DNA from: Phoronis australis
Lineage: Eukaryota > Animalia > Phoronida
Direction: 5' to 3'
NCBI GenBank assembly: GCA_002633005.1
Contig: NMRA01000368.1
Coordinates: forward strand, 45,160 to 109,159
Length of the DNA stretch: 64,000 nucleotides
Shown here piece by piece: positions 25,728-39,280 of the stretch (position 1 is its first letter; each line of letters opens with the position of its first letter). Both the position numbers and the translations under genes were made by a program. The notes below the pieces were generated by a model. That model was not told where the DNA came from. It made no database searches and saw nothing but the letters and a program-made list of their open reading frames with translations.

Positions 25728-26638
25728 GCCCATTGACGGTGCGATACGTAACCGTTAGTCAATGATCCTAGAAGAACCAGACAACGGGGGAAAGGAAATC
25801 TCTTTGTAATTAAGGCGCACGAGAGGAGTACAGATTTGAAACACCACTACACCCTGCGAGTTCACAATAACTGTCCGTGACCAAAGATCGATTGGAAATT
25901 TATCATGCCATAGTTTACTCTTCCTTCGACAAAAAGTGGTGATCTGAAACCTTCTAAGATGACGAGAACGAACGCATGTTGTGAAGGAAGTATAACTACA
26001 AAAAAGACAACGGTTACTGAGGACAATTTGTCTGCACTAAAACATACAGGTACTCATTGAGACGTTCACGTGCATTTCACTGCGTAGCTAACATATTTTC
26101 GTTCAGTTAGCGCGCACGAGAACTGGAGTCGTCGTGATTATTGCGCCTCCCGCAGTGTCGCCGCGGGCAACACGAAGTCGTAGATCCAAGACAGTAGCTA
26201 GAAAAGAGAGTGTGACCACGTGCTTCGTTGCAATGCATTGCGATATTTCCCGTAGACTTGCGAGACTTTGCATTTTTGCGAGTTTCTTGGGTCTACGGAG
26301 CGTAGTTCTGGCGTGCGTTCTGTCGTGAAAAGCAAGATCGCGCAAGACTTCGTAAAATATTGAAATGGGTGATAAAATTGGCGAGATTTTTGCGTCTTCG
26401 GAAGTCAACTCAGGTCTCAGCTACCTGACAACCCCGCCATTCAAGCATTTCATGGAAGACTACCTTGAGGACCCAACTATTTAACACGGGGCCGCAACTC
26501 TTCAGTGCTTCCACAGTGTACTGTGAATTTGTTTATCAGGATGTGCCGTGTGCGCTTGTCAAACCCACGATCCACGTCCTATAAGCGGTTTTTCTGAACC
26601 TAGCGCCTTCAGATTACCGACATTTTAAAACTTTCCTG

Positions 26639-26788
26639 CAGGACGGATCCAGGATATTTTAAATGGGGTCGGGTCAAGGATTTTTTTAAAAAGGGAGGGT
26701 CCAAGTGAAACAATTTCTAGATATGATATCACTAAAATCAAAGGAAAAGGTGGGTCCGGACCCTCTTGACCCCCTGGATCCGCCTATG
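26639..26788. mobile_element. MITE (hAT5-like) downstream of the Wnt10 stop, possibly in the 3' UTR
   Basis: Ends caggacggatccagg / cctggatccgcctatg. Flanks tcctg/ccctg. Confidence 0.65.
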
Positions 26789-28894
26789 CCCTGTGCTGCT
26801 AACTCTAATATGCCTATACCCAAGAGTTTCGCCGTGTCAACAGCAAAAAGCCTTTGCGTAAGCCTATATGCATTTTGCAACTTTAGTTCGGAATATGGCC
26901 ACCGATAGTCGATGCAGAAACCCGAACTTTCACCTTTGTTATTGGATTGATAGTTTGGTACTGATCGGACGTCCTTGGTTTAGATGAAATGAAAAGCGTT
27001 AAAAATGACAAAATTTAGTCTCTGAAATTACGACGAACGGATTTTTTCAAAGTGTCGAACACATGCTCAAAGCCGGAAGACTTTTAATATGAGAAGCCTT
27101 TGCATGCACTAATCCATGCAGACGGGGGTCCAACCTCTCCTGTTGGGAATCCACCACGTCGCAATGCATAACTGGAATGGAGGAATTTGAAATTTCATCA
27201 AAGTAAATAAGATCGCCGTCTTCTTGATCCTGGATCCGGTCTTGCATCATTCCGTGATTTCATGTCTGAGTCAAATAATATGCGATGGCCTCAAAGCTAG
27301 TTTGTTTTACGTCTTGGAAATGAGTACAGTTATGAGAAAACATATGGCAACGGCAATGGCTTTACGGATGATCATCAGACGGCGCGTCCTGTCAAACACG
27401 AACTTATCCAGAAGACTCCAGAATAAACTTCACAAACCCAGGGACATCAGCTAGGCCCATACTCCAGGGGTTACAATAGAAGTAAAACTTCAACATTATT
27501 GCATTTTCATGTCAATCTCTGTAGCGTAAATTTGTCAGGTTGCGTGTTAGCCATCAATTAGATTGAAATTTGTATCATTTTTGTCCCTGCATTTGTGGAC
27601 TCTTCATAATGTATTGTTGTAATCAGATATTCTATTGATTGAAGCTATTGTATGAGTTGATTATTTATGATCATGATAACTAATTTATTACTGTTGTACG
27701 TCTTTATTATAAAACTTCAAGTTGCTGGAATTGGGTTTGGCGAATAAGACGTTTATTATATATCGACGTGAGTCATAATCTTTGATACGTGTATGAAGAA
27801 TCTCCAAAGCCGCCTTTTCTTGAATTCTCTAACAATAATCGAGTAAAATTTTAATCGGGGTTCCCTGAAAAAATTCTTACTCTCGATTGTAAAGGTTGGA
27901 GAAGGCAAGGACACGCGGCAGTGGAGATTTTTCTACCTGAGGAAAAAATCATCATTTGGTTTAATTTTAGCCGTCGTATTCGAAAAACTTGGGTCCAGAA
28001 ACTTTAAGCTTCCAAATGTTACATTTGGATGCCTTCATTACAACTGTATGTCAAAATATCGCGTATGTATTTGTTATCTAAATTAAACAGTTTTGACATT
28101 TTCTTTTAGTCCTCCTTTACTTAATGGAAAATCGCGCAGAGTTCTACAAACCCAAAACATACATGTTCGTCAAAAAGTGCATATACTCGTACATGGTTTC
28201 TTCAAAGAAAGCCGTTTTTCTAGTAGTTGTGACATTATTTTATTATGTTAGCATTTGATTACATTTCTTAATGACCATGTTTTCTTATTTTTGTTTGTAA
28301 AACCTCACCAAATTCTATTGTATGCGTCACTAGTCACGAAGTCATTCGGAAAACCTCAAGAGTTTTCGTACCCTCAAATTTCTGGGCATTTACGAACTTC
28401 AGTCGGCTGCCCAATTACTACCCGGCAGTTTGAAAGTCCCTAAAGTTTGCACATGTGTAGATAACTTTTACATCCCAGAGGAATATTCGAGGCTAAGAAA
28501 ATATTGCGCTCTTCCCCAGATAGTGCTACGGCAGGTAACACTTGAAAAGGTAACGTGACATGATTTCTCAGGCATGTAGAATGAAGCAATATCCGGATAT
28601 TTTGTTTAGTTGGAAATAACAGTCAAACATTCCGATCAGTTGATGTTCAGAAATGCATCAGTATACTACAGGTACTCCATCTATTGAGAAATTCTTTTGT
28701 GACTTACAGATGCTGCAACCTCAAAAAAGACTAAATCGATGTATTCTTAAGATCGTGTTTTTGATAAACATGCAAGATTACAAGCTTTTAAATAAAACAA
28801 CAAAACGATTCACTACACATTTACGGCTCATTTTCACATCATATATATACGACAGGTCAAGTCACTGATGCCCACCCACCGACTTGTGCTTGTC

Positions 28895-28979
28895 GCTCGC
28901 TGGTTCCCTGCGTGTACGCTAGGGGAAAGGGGATACGCATCTCCCCTTCCGCCAGCGGACACGCAGGGAACCAGCGAGA
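28895..28979. mobile_element. 85-bp fold-back (palindromic) element with 8-bp TSD
   Basis: Arms ctcgctggttccctgcgtgt.cgct.g.ggaa.gggga / tccccttccgccagcggacacgcagggaaccagcgag. Flanked by tgcttgtc at 28887-94 and 28980-87. Confidence 0.75.
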
Positions 28980-30143
28980 TGCTTGTCGACACTCTTTCAC
29001 AATGCTACAAAAGGTAGCACTGTGGAATTGTTATTTATCATGGCTTGTCATTGAATAAGGAATGAAATTAACGTCATAACATTCAGTCATTCCCATTGGT
29101 TGAAATCTGGGAAACCCCTTTCAGTTTACTGTTACGTAGTATGGCTTGAATAGAAACCCCGATCCAGTGGCTTTTAAGATTAAAAGCCCAAACACGTACG
29201 GTGCATAGAAGGCGTTTGCAAGTGGTGGCGATGTGACCGGTAAACGTCCGACCAAGCATGTGCTTGATGTCCATACATGGAATTCGGTGTGTCGTTCATC
29301 AGTTTCTACAGGGCCACTTTTCAGTATAGGTGGCGCTGCGTCAGAGGGTAGTCGATCATCAAAGTCACTTTTCCATATAGGTGGCGCTGTTGCAAATTGT
29401 ACAAAATTGCCCGGGATATTCCGGATGGTGTCGCACTGGTTATTGAAGTAGACGGATACGGATGCTGAAACACAATTTCTCACATGACCAGGAATTTGTT
29501 ACGACACGACTGGTTAATAACACCGAGTACGTATTTTTTTGATATTGCATGGGCGAATCACAAAGTTGTGCAAAGTAGACATCCATACGCCTTATATTTT
29601 ATCGTCTGCAAAACTCTAAAACTACCAAACGCGCGCCAACCAAACAATGCCGTAAATTCCGAGGTGACAAGGTTATGATTGACAAATCGGGAGTAGTAAC
29701 TGTACGTACTCTCAGTCGGAAGGACATGCAAACAACTTCTTATGCGGACCCATCTTCGGCGGCGAATTCTATGTCCACGTTCATTCAAACGGGGACGAAC
29801 CCACACTCCAGAAACGCGGCGAGACTGTCTAGGTGTGCTGTCCAAGGTCAATTCAGTTCTCACGCGCGAGGAAGAATTGCTGACTGCTATTTATAAACAT
29901 TTTTAAGTTTTAATATTACAACTTCAAAGACTGTTTATTAACTTCTAATTTGAATAATTGTTACGAAAGCTGAATGCAATTTACAATTGTTAAGCTTATA
30001 ATAAAACTATTAACAAAAAGTAACTGAATTACTTTACATTGCGCAAGCGTGTTTTTACGAAAGTTGCGTCATGTTTTAGTCACGTCGAATTTTTCGGCAA
30101 AAATCGTTTTTACGGTTCATGTGAGAAAACAAATCCTACTCTC

Positions 30144-30259
30144 GTCTCAGGTTCATGACATGGGCAAAACCTCTTGGAAATTTCGTCAAAATCCCTCGGC
30201 AAGCCTCAGGTATTTGACGAAATTTCCGAGAGGTTTTGACCATATCATAAACCTGAGAC
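30144..30259. repeat. Long palindrome, probably a non-autonomous (Crypton-like) element
   Basis: 47-bp arms gtctcaggtt.atga.atgg.caaaacctct.ggaaatttcgtcaaa are inverted around the core ccctcggcaagcctcagg. Confidence 0.6.
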
Positions 30260-30630
30260 TCCTGCAGGATTCTCGATTTACGTTTTTATAGCTGTGAACA
30301 ACTGGATTGGAAGGCTAGGACCCAACGCATTACTAGTAGCCGGGGGCCCATGATTTTGTTAAGGCGATACTGTTTCTTTTTAAAACTGCCTAAATCAAAA
30401 AAGCGTTTTAATATTATCCATAATTTTAAAATTTTGGTTGCAAAATATTTTCTTATTCTTGACAACAAGGTTTGTTTTCTTGTACAGTTCAATACATCTG
30501 TCTACGAATCCCCGGGGGTATTCCAATAGCAGTGTTTAGGGGACTCGCCGCTCATATAGGTGACTGTTTCACGACCCGTTTCTATGAGAACGGACTTCGT
30601 TTTTCCGACACAGCCTTTTACAAATGGTTC

Positions 30631-30867
30631 CATGCGAGCACCCAGCCTAAATTATAGGGGGGAGCTCGAATTTTTCGGTATGCGGACCTTTTATTGAAAA
30701 AAAAATCAGCGATGACTAAAAAAAAAACGGGGCCACTAGGTTCAGGCCTGTGGGCTTTGTGGACTTTTGACTCCTTTACTCGGACTTTTTGTTTCGCTGG
30801 GGCGGACCCTTTTTCCCGATTCGCCAAATTGGGGGACTCGAACGAGCCCCCCCTGGGTGCGCCCATG
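30631..30867. mobile_element. MITE with 5-bp TSD (hAT5-like)
   Basis: Ends catgcgagcacccag / ctgggtgcgcccatg. Perfect TSD ggttc/ggttc. Confidence 0.75.
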
Positions 30868-30893
30868 GGTTCGCCTTAAGTGGCACAACTCTA

Positions 30894-31848
30894 CAAAAGG
30901 TTCGAGTTTCCTATGGCCAAGTCTGCAGAAGCCTTTTTGATGTTACCATATTTTTTAAGTTTTTGTTGTATAAGATATGCTCAATTTTTTATATTTGTTT
31001 CACGCCAGCACAACTCAGATACAAATATAGTTGTATGAGTGCAGTAGTTGTTACAAACACAAATACAATGATGTTAATTCTAAGTTTGCAACATGCAGAA
31101 TCAGCGCACTCGTTATTTCTACAACAGTATGTTTTACGAACTCTGTATCATCAAGTTACGATAAGACCAACGTAATTTAACCATAGCTGATATAAAGATA
31201 TACATACCAATGTTCCAGCCTTGCACTGAAAAAAAGTAAATTTTATTTCGCCGCTCAAGATGACAAGAAATGATGTTACACAGCTAGTTTCGTGTATTTG
31301 CAACACATTTGTAGCTGCCGTATATGAAAGGGCAAGGCTCACGGTGGTACTCTGGGACAAAAGCCTTGCTNCAAAAGGTTCGAGTTTCCTATGACCAAGT
31401 CTGCAGAAGCCTTTTTGATGTTACCATATTTTTAAAGTTTTTGTTGTATAAGATATGCTCAATTTTTTATATTTGTTTCACGCCAGCACAACTCAGATAC
31501 AAATATAGTTGTATGAGTGCAGTAGTTGTTACAAACACAAATACAATGTTGTATATTCTAAGTTTGCAACATGCAGAATCAGCGCACTCGTTATTTCTAC
31601 AACAGTATGTTTTACGAACTCTGTATCATCAAGTTACGATAAGACCAACGTAATTTAACCATAGCTGATATAAAGATATACATACCAATGTTCCAGCCTT
31701 GCACTGAAAAAAAGTAAATTTTATTTCGCCGCTCAAGATGACAAGAAATGATGTTACACAGCTAGTTTCGTGTATTTGCAACACATTTGTAGCTGCCGTA
31801 TATGAAAGGGCAAGGCTCACGGTGGTACTCTGGGACAAAAGCCTTGCT
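30894..31848. repeat. 477-bp direct duplication split by a single N (likely assembly or haplotype artefact)
   Basis: 30894-31370 nearly equals 31372-31848, with a few substitutions. N at 31371. Confidence 0.9.
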
Positions 31849-34800
31849 AAAGTGTGACTTTGGCGTTCCCTATATATAAGTACCGGCTTTTTGAGCACAC
31901 TCTCTAAAGCGGGGGGGGGGCATAGTATCCTAATTTTCCAGTTGAATCCCCGTCAAAAATACAGTCACGTATCTCTCGGGAATGTTGAGTGCTGAACACG
32001 GAGACTGTACTCGAATTACCTGTATCCTTCAGCAAGTAACAAATTGGATATGACATCAATTTTTTTCCGAGTAAAATCTTGGTTAAGTTTCTCTTGATTT
32101 AATTTTTCTTGATTTATCGAAATTGACTGGTCGGCATCTTGACGACATCTCATCTTTCGCCTGCCAGAATGCGTTCTCTTACTATTGTCAAAACCAGTAA
32201 AATGTGGTGGTAAAGTAAAATGAAGTGCAGCATTTCAATTGAGCACGATGCTTGGGACCTCGCTTGCGTACGCGAACTCAATTGCGGCCACTTAACGATT
32301 GGTCCGCGAGCGAAAATGTTGAATCATAGGATGAAAGTCACCGTTTCCGTTAAGGCAAGACTTATAACCGCAAGTGCTTCGTGAGTGTCTTAGCGTCTAC
32401 GGAACGCGGCCCTCACGGGCTCCAATTTGTTAGAGCTCAGAACAAAAATGTGACGAAGATGTACAGAATAGAAAGCAATATCAACGCCAAGGAACACGTG
32501 GATCTGAGAAATCAAAATGCAGACCAACAATAATGGGTTCTCTGGATGAATAACATAACTTGAGAAGCCTTAACCTACACATTGCCTGGGTTGAGTTCAA
32601 TAACTGTCTTGCGAGATCTGGTTTTTCAAGCGGGACCCTAGCGTTATTGAACCTGTACCTAGGAAGTTGTCTATAGCACGTCACACAACACGTGCATCGA
32701 TTGGAAAAATCCCTAAACGCGTTTCGGTGAACAGTGGATAAGTACTTGAAAGTTTCAAATGGATCCGGTCAGCCGGCATTTCTGAGATATTATTATCGGA
32801 AGTATTTTTCTATTGTCCTATGTAATCTTAAGGTATTGTAAAAAATCACCAGTACCTTATTCCATCTACTGACTTGTATATGTTGGCTAAATGCCCAAGA
32901 TTGAAGGCGTTACGTGTCTTGACTTGGCATGGTGCCATAAAAAGACATTAAAAATTTTTAGTGCGTTTTGCGTTATTTCGTGCTTTACAAACACAGTCAA
33001 TTATTAGTGATATTATTAGGTGTTAAAAATAACGCCTTTCTGCAAATCTGTATTTGTTCCTCAAAAGAAACGTCATCGCGTTTTTATCCCATATTTGAAT
33101 TAAATTTGGTTTAAAAAATCGCCTGAAATTCGATTCAAGGTCATATTGCCATAGCAACTGGAATTAATCCTCGGTGACAACAACGAACTGTCATTTCTTC
33201 TCGAACCATCCCTAATCTGTGCAAGGAAGGTGAAATCTACCTATCTGCTCCCTTAGAGTTATTTTTAAAAAAATGTTCAGGTAACACCCGAACGCTCATT
33301 TCCGATTACTTTTTGACTTGTATGCTTAAATATCGATTCACGTACATAATTTTGATTGAGAAATTACAGTGTTTTTTCTTCATCATAAATTCATTCAGGG
33401 TGACTTGTTTATCTACGCCTCAAGTAAGATTTAGGTACGCTAGGTACATGTACTTGGTATACGTCCAATTTACGCAACTCGTATATGATGCCGGGATATC
33501 AGCGTATAATTACCGCGTATGAATTGCTTATCCCCATGAAAACATAGCGTAGTCGACCGATGCACTGCGTATTTATGACATGTGTCTAGTGTACATATAC
33601 ATCCAGCAACGTATACGCAGCGCAATTTTGTGCATATCTAAAGAAAGGTTTTCAAAATGGGTTTGGTTGCAAAGATTTTTTTATTTATAACAACATGAGA
33701 ACTCCTTGTTGTGTTTTAGGCTTCATGGATTGCACATTCAGCTGTCCAAGAATCACTACGAATGGTTTAGACTGATGGAACTTACCCCTACAGGATGGTG
33801 TTTCCGGAAATAAATCCTTAAGAAAGGATAAATTTTTCATGGAGGCTCTCTTATACAAATGGTTCCTTTTTGTCTAACTCACCATCTAAATGGATGGGTA
33901 ACTTAATTCATTATATGGAAGAGTACTCCTCCCGGAGGAAATGTGGGACAAAGACGGAGAGAGAGGAGAGAGGGATGGCAAATGCCGACTATGGCTGGGC
34001 AAGAAGGACGATTAGAACCCGACGCAGAGTCAATCTCGATTCTATGCTGTTGCCGACAGAGGGACAACTATATTTTGCACACCCCGTCTTCTCATGAAAT
34101 GTTAAGTTTGTACTGCTGTGACTGCTGTGTCTGTTGTTCATACACAAATTCTAATTGTGATCGATAGATGTCGCTAACATTAACCATATCCGAATTAATT
34201 GCATCAGACGCCCTAATGCCCGTCTCAAAACTGCATTCTCACTGAAATTCGTATTCGCTACTGAGAATCTACACGGTTCAGTTAAGGAGTTTGAGAACAA
34301 CGAGCAACTCTCCAGCTCAGGGGCGTAGATCTGCAAGAGCTCACCGAGTAATTCAGTGGTGCGAATACCTGCCGTTTCGAACAGGTCTACCAGCTTGCAT
34401 CTCGATTTCGGAAGATAAGGCCAATAGCCACAGTAGATTGAACCAATTGGTGGTCTGACGTGTACGCGACCATGTGGTAGCAGCAAAAATAGATGCAGTT
34501 TGTCGAATATAGCAAATTAAATTCTTTCTTTCTACGTAGTTGACTTGGAAACCAAAGAATTTAGCCTCATTTCCGTACGTAATCGATGCTCTCGGGTTCT
34601 GCAATCAAACCTGTTGACGGTGGAATTATAACTGTTGAACTTCAACATGCGTGAATAGAATTTCGGACGCGGTTTTTAAGCTTTCTTCCTTCCTATTAGA
34701 CGTGGAGTATTTCTGGCACATCCGCCCAGTTGCCTGGAAATTTTGACATATTTTAACTCGCGTTTTTTCAAACGTAGTAAATTAATACTGATACAAGCCG

Positions 34801-35711
34801 CTGTTGAAGTTTGATAATTAAATTTTATTCAGTGAGGATACCGTTAAATCTCTTTGATGTGGCTTCGGCGAGATAATTCAAAACATGTTTCGATTAGTAG
34901 TACAAGTAATTTTTCGTCCTAGAGGTGATATTTTTATTTACTACTTCATGTCAGGTTATCATTCAACTGAACAGATTTTTATTTACTGTGGCGAAACTTG
35001 GTTTGAGTTTCGTCATTTTGTAATTTGCAACGCGTTGGGCTATTTGAGAAGACAGCGTGAATTACCACCGACAAAAACAGCTGCTGTTTGGTACAAAAAT
35101 ACTTGCCAAATGAGAAAATTTTACTCGTCGGTTCGTGACACTTGCCTGTGGCATTCACTAATAGGTGGCGCTGAATGAAAAAACAACACGAAAACCTTTT
35201 TCACCAGTGCCAGTCAGTTGTATGGTTGCAATATCTTTTCTCTGTAACGTAAACAAAAACATTTAAAATGGGAAACAGCACAGTTTGGGTACCAAGCATC
35301 TGTAGACACTAGCATGTTGAAACGATCAAGAAAACACGCAGCTGGTGAAAAACTACGATACTTGTCAGAACAAAACCAGAAACATCAAAAGCGAAAAAGC
35401 AAATATATACGTTCATAGAACATCGAAGTCTATTGACAAACTTCTCAGTAAAGGTGTTGCGTTCAATGTTATATCCAAAAAATATTTTTTCAAATGAGAT
35501 ATACTAAAACCATCTTGATAAGCCCTCAGGAAAGGCCATCAAGGATGCAGTGAACTGGATTTTCATACTTTTACCGCTAATAAACATGATGCTTTTACAA
35601 CTAAACCGTGTCATGAAGTTTCGTAAAAATTACGTGTTCATGCGTGTGTAGAGTTGACACGAATTTTCCTTTTTGTTGAGAACTGTATACGTTGAAACTT
35701 TTAGAAACCTA

Positions 35712-35963
35712 GGACCCGTTTCATTAATGGTCGTAAGCCCTGTCGTAGCTATGACGATGGTTATTGGTTAGCAATTCATTATGGAGGTTTGTCGTACAGG
35801 GTGTCTTTCAGCTTGAATGTGAACAATGATCACGTTTGCGTCCGCACAAACGTTTCGCCCAAAACATGTAGCGTGGCGAGCAGCGTCGCCTTCACAGGAG
35901 CATGCCTACGACTGTTTTAGTAGGAGCGGACTTACGACCTTTCAGTGCCGGATAAACGGCCTC
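35712..35963. mobile_element. Degraded Harbinger-like MITE
   Basis: Imperfect TIRs ggacccgtttcattaatggtcgtaag / cttacgacctt...ataaacggcctc. Confidence 0.45.
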
Positions 35964-37649
35964 TGCTTTCCGCGAAAAAATGATTTACTAGACACCCTCA
36001 GAAAACACTTATCAGTTCTTTTATAGGCCTACCCAGATTAGAATAGCCAAGGAGATAAGGGATCCAGCAACGGGTGCAAGTTTCAGAATCATTATTGGTA
36101 CAAATGATAGTTTTGAGATATCCTCACTTTTTTCGTCGGATCCTGATTGATGTAGGGCAAGCACATTCGCCCTGATTTGCACCCGTAACTAGAGGCTAAT
36201 TAGTATGAATTACATAGAAACAAATCTCATAAATTTCTTGATGGAATCTGGCGATTTTAGCTTGACTCATATGTCAGTCAGGAAGCTCAATTTCTTTTAG
36301 TGACAGGTGGCTATCCTATGCCTGGCCCGGCATTATCATACTTAGGAACGATCAGATCATCTTCATCTTGTAGTAGCGGATTTCAAGCCACCATTTCTAC
36401 TTTTGATAATTAGCCTTCATTTGTTCAGCTTCCCTTTCTCGTAAATTGTCTCTTTGTCGAACTTGTTTGGCAGTTCCAGGTGAACCAACACCTGGACGAG
36501 ACGGTCTCGCCACCTGGTGACCGAGTCTATGTGCCACCGAAGACGAATCTCTACCGTGTCTGGTTTAACATCACTAGGACCTCAAACGTTTATTGGTTGA
36601 ATTTTCTGTTCATCTCTCTCACGTTCCTCGTTCACAGCGCCCACAATGTGGTTTGGGAGGCTGAACCAAGACATTATATGCCACATCAATCCACGATGGC
36701 CGACTTCCTTCCCCGACACACGCGTGATTTTGCTAAATTTCCCCATTGTTACGTCACAAGCCCGTCGGCTACAAATATACGGTAAAATCTCACCAATTTT
36801 GGCACATTATGACAGACATTTGTTATTTCGCTTTCTCCTTTTTCTTAAGAGATACACATTTCGCAAATTATGCTTTGTCATATTCAAACTCTGTGCCATA
36901 GCACAGTTCCAACCTTCTTTATTCTGAAAAATTGTGGGATCCACCACAATGTTAGAAGCAATTGAAAAATGAATGACGTGCAATTTGGAAATATCTTCGG
37001 TCGAAATGGTGAGATTTTACCTTAGTTAGAGGTTGTGAAAATGAGATGATGACAGTCATGGTTGGCGTCACGTGATTCCGGCTAACAGTCCAAGATTATC
37101 TCGACTCTCCCTCCCTCTCTCTCTCTCTCGTTTTCTAAGGTCAGCAAGGTCTTTGATATCACGCAGACGGTATTATATAAACCATCCCCGGAGAACAATG
37201 GGTTTGCAGAGAACTTAGAGTAGTTTACTAAAAGCGAATGTTCCATTGATTCCTCGTCGGGAAAAGCTACATGCATTTGTTCTGAGCGTTTGTCGGAGCG
37301 TCGCATTACACAGAACAAGACATGTCTATTTTTCATTGCTGTCTTAAATATCGAATAACATTATTTGTGTAGTGAACTAACAGTTTCATTTAAAAATACT
37401 GACTGACTGTCGGTTTGCGCCCAATGTCGAGTTATCCGGTTTCAGGAAAAAATAGCAGTGTAATTGAAAATATGGCTGCGTTTCAGAACTTTCGCTAACT
37501 CATGTTGCAAAACACAGTACTGTTTAACACGAAAGGAACATTTCTGTCTATCAACACTAACTACTCTTAATCACTACAGCAGGTGATGAAAATGTCATTT
37601 TGGGGTCGCAGTGCGATTATTTGCTTATTATGCGCGTCTGTAGATCAAA

Positions 37650-37803
37650 CATGAGCGGCGCAGCACTGAAAAAAGTGGGGGGAGGGGTGCTAAAGCTCCT
37701 ACGGCCGCCCTGTGGTGCACCGCCTATAGACAATGTGCGGCGTTGCACTGAAAAAAGTGGGGGCTATAGCCCCCCCCAGCCCCCTATAGGTGCGCCGTCC
37801 ATG
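37650..37803. mobile_element. MITE with 5-bp TSD (hAT5-like)
   Basis: Ends catgagcggcgca / tgcgccgtccatg. Perfect TSD tcaaa/tcaaa. Internal repeat gcactgaaaaaagtggggg occurs twice. Confidence 0.78.
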
Positions 37804-38413
37804 TCAAAGCAGTAGTGTTTATTACAGTTCCAATTAAATCTGATACACGGGGTTATATCTTGCGAGACAGTCTATTAATTTTCAAAGCAAATCACCTCTA
37901 CATTATTTCCCAATACCACATCGTCTGCTTTATTCAGCAACAGGCCGGGTCATTGGCGAGACGGACCGACTTTATCCAGCTGATCAAATGGACTCGTCCT
38001 TCAGCCGACTCTGGTGTTGATTAACGCGAATTATACTTGGCTTAGCGGATTATTTAATGCATATTTCATTGATAGCTTGATTTTTTACTTTGAGGCTTAC
38101 AATTTGTTTTCCCCAGTTACCACGACAAATGCGACTCCCGTTTTCGCATTTTACATGTTCACCTAGACACCCCTAATAAGTTTGACGTTTAAAAAACATG
38201 GACTCGTCAATATACACCAGTCTTCGTGTGTAAGTCGGCGGTAAAGTACGCAGCGGAGTAAAGCTGCCGATCTCTGCCGGTGGATAGTTGTTGAAATAAT
38301 CTTTGACACAAGAATGCGCTCAAGGTAGGATTTAAGTTAACTACTGTCGACTGATCGCCTTCATTCAAATTTATCACCCTGGTTGATTTGAAATTGAACA
38401 ACGATCAAACTTT

Positions 38414-38485
38414 ATCATTTCAGAGCGCTCTGCTTAGCGCTGGTAACCGCGTTCTGCTTTCTACCTGTGAAGAGTCAAGACTCAG
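38414..38485 (+). other. Candidate non-coding first exon of an unidentified downstream gene
   Basis: Strong donor CAG|gtaagc at the end of a CpG-rich zone, just before CpG depletion starts. The start is approximate (Inr-like tcattt). Confidence 0.4.
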
Positions 38486-38638
38486 GTAAGCGATGTCAGT
38501 TCGAATTTTGGTATAGTAAATTTTCTCTACATTAAGTTAGGAACCATCCAACACCGGTCCCTGGTATTGAGAAAGAACGCGACTGACGTAGCGTCAACTG
38601 CTGTGTTTATTCTCTTGTTCACATGATTCTCTCTCGCG

Positions 38639-38664
38639 CACACACACACACACACATACACACA
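38639..38664. repeat. (CA)n microsatellite
   Basis: Directly visible. Confidence 0.85.
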
Positions 38665-39216
38665 AGCATTCATTCACAAAATACATCCATTCAGATAACA
38701 TTCATCTAGTATTAGGGTTCTTTTGTCGTGAACCACAGACTTCCCATCTAAATGTGTAAATAAATAATACTTGGTTTATAGTCGGCCTAATTTAAACTTG
38801 TTCTATTGGTTGTTTGATTTTTGCTTGTTGGCACTGAACAGGTATATTAGGTTATTTTCCAAACAGAACATTATAATTTATGGTGTCCAGCTTGGAAAAT
38901 TGACTGTCTGCTCTTTTGGAGTTGATGATAACTAAAGGGGGTCAAATTTGTTAGTATCATGTCCTTATCAAATTTTGGGTTTAAATTCAGTCTGCTGTGT
39001 AAAGACTTAATAAATCTGTGTTCCGTCCAAGAATTGAACTTTTGATTTATAAAAAAATAAGTGCAGATGGTCCCATACACATTGTATCAGAGGTGCACAG
39101 GCCGCTCATGTGGGCTCATTGCACTGATCACCTGGAACCATTCATATGCTTAATATTAATGTATAGTTAAAACTGAGCTGAGGACCTAGAAACCTGACTC
39201 AAGGGTTTAGCACTGT

Positions 39217-39280
39217 GACCCAGTGGGACTTGAACCCACGACCTCGAAAGAAAGTGGGCACCTATCATACTAGGCCACAA
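39217..39280 (-). mobile_element. tRNA-derived SINE head
   Basis: Minus strand has an A-box-like gtggcctagtatgatagg and a B box/T arm gtgggttcaagtcccac. Confidence 0.5.

Noticed and set aside
30894-31848. Tandem duplication producing twin ORFs (30789-31175, 31324-31653)
   Set aside because: The copies abut a single N and differ at SNP level, as expected for overlapping haplotype contig ends. The ORFs have no recognisable protein features.
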